64,000 nt of DNA from a virus. Positions 63,980-64,000 of the stretch are shown one piece after another. The notes below the pieces were generated by a model. The model had not been told where the DNA came from. It was given only the letters and a program-made list of their open reading frames with translations, and searched no databases. How positions within the stretch are numbered: the first letter of the stretch is position 1; each line of letters opens with the position of its first letter. Position numbers and translations under genes: made by a program. The stretch lies in IMG/VR virus record IMGVR_UViG_3300025133_000026. One strand, 5' to 3'.

Positions 63980-64000
63980 ATGTTGTACGTGATCAACGCT
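63980..64000 (+). CDS. Start of the next cassette ORF (MLYVINA..., partial)
   Basis: GGAG SD then ATG at 63980; truncated by the window edge. Confidence 0.55.

Noticed and set aside
63022-63996. Minus-strand ORFs in the track (63022-63348, 63373-63594, 63639-63854, 63736-63996) and plus-strand 62925-63302, 63536-63718
   Set aside because: They translate the repeat itself (recurring MDGECRR / PPTPVWCGW) in GC-rich DNA with few stops and lack SDs. The SD-led short plus-strand ORFs explain the region better.
1-64000. tRNA or rRNA genes, integrase, transposase
   Set aside because: No intergenic space of suitable size or cloverleaf/T-loop motif was seen, and no recombinase motifs appear in any ORF in this window.

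Overview
The window is the virion morphogenesis region of a large contractile-tailed (myovirus-type, probably jumbo) phage. Positions 1 to about 62790 are a gap-free run of minus-strand genes. In transcription order they encode a peptidase M15-like protein, a probable small terminase, a nuclease/metallopeptidase fusion protein, an intein-containing large terminase, a portal-MuF fusion, prohead protease/scaffold, decoration and major capsid proteins, neck, sheath, three tube paralogs, two chaperones and a tape-measure candidate. After these come an 1820-aa protein with two-barrel RNA polymerase motifs and an embedded 3'-5' exonuclease, a baseplate hub with an M23 peptidase, and wedge and fibre genes. 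After an AT-rich divergent gap (62788-63010) the sequence becomes GC-rich and switches to the plus strand. It forms a tandem array in which every tiny ORF is preceded by a structured leader. Those leaders share a two-hairpin kissing-loop architecture with a fixed 18-nt linker and fully compensatory loop sequences directly upstream of the Shine-Dalgarno. The array runs off the window edge. The two strongest leads are this structured-leader cassette array and the tail-module RNA polymerase with its exonuclease insert. All product calls come from motif recognition and synteny by eye; no searches were run.
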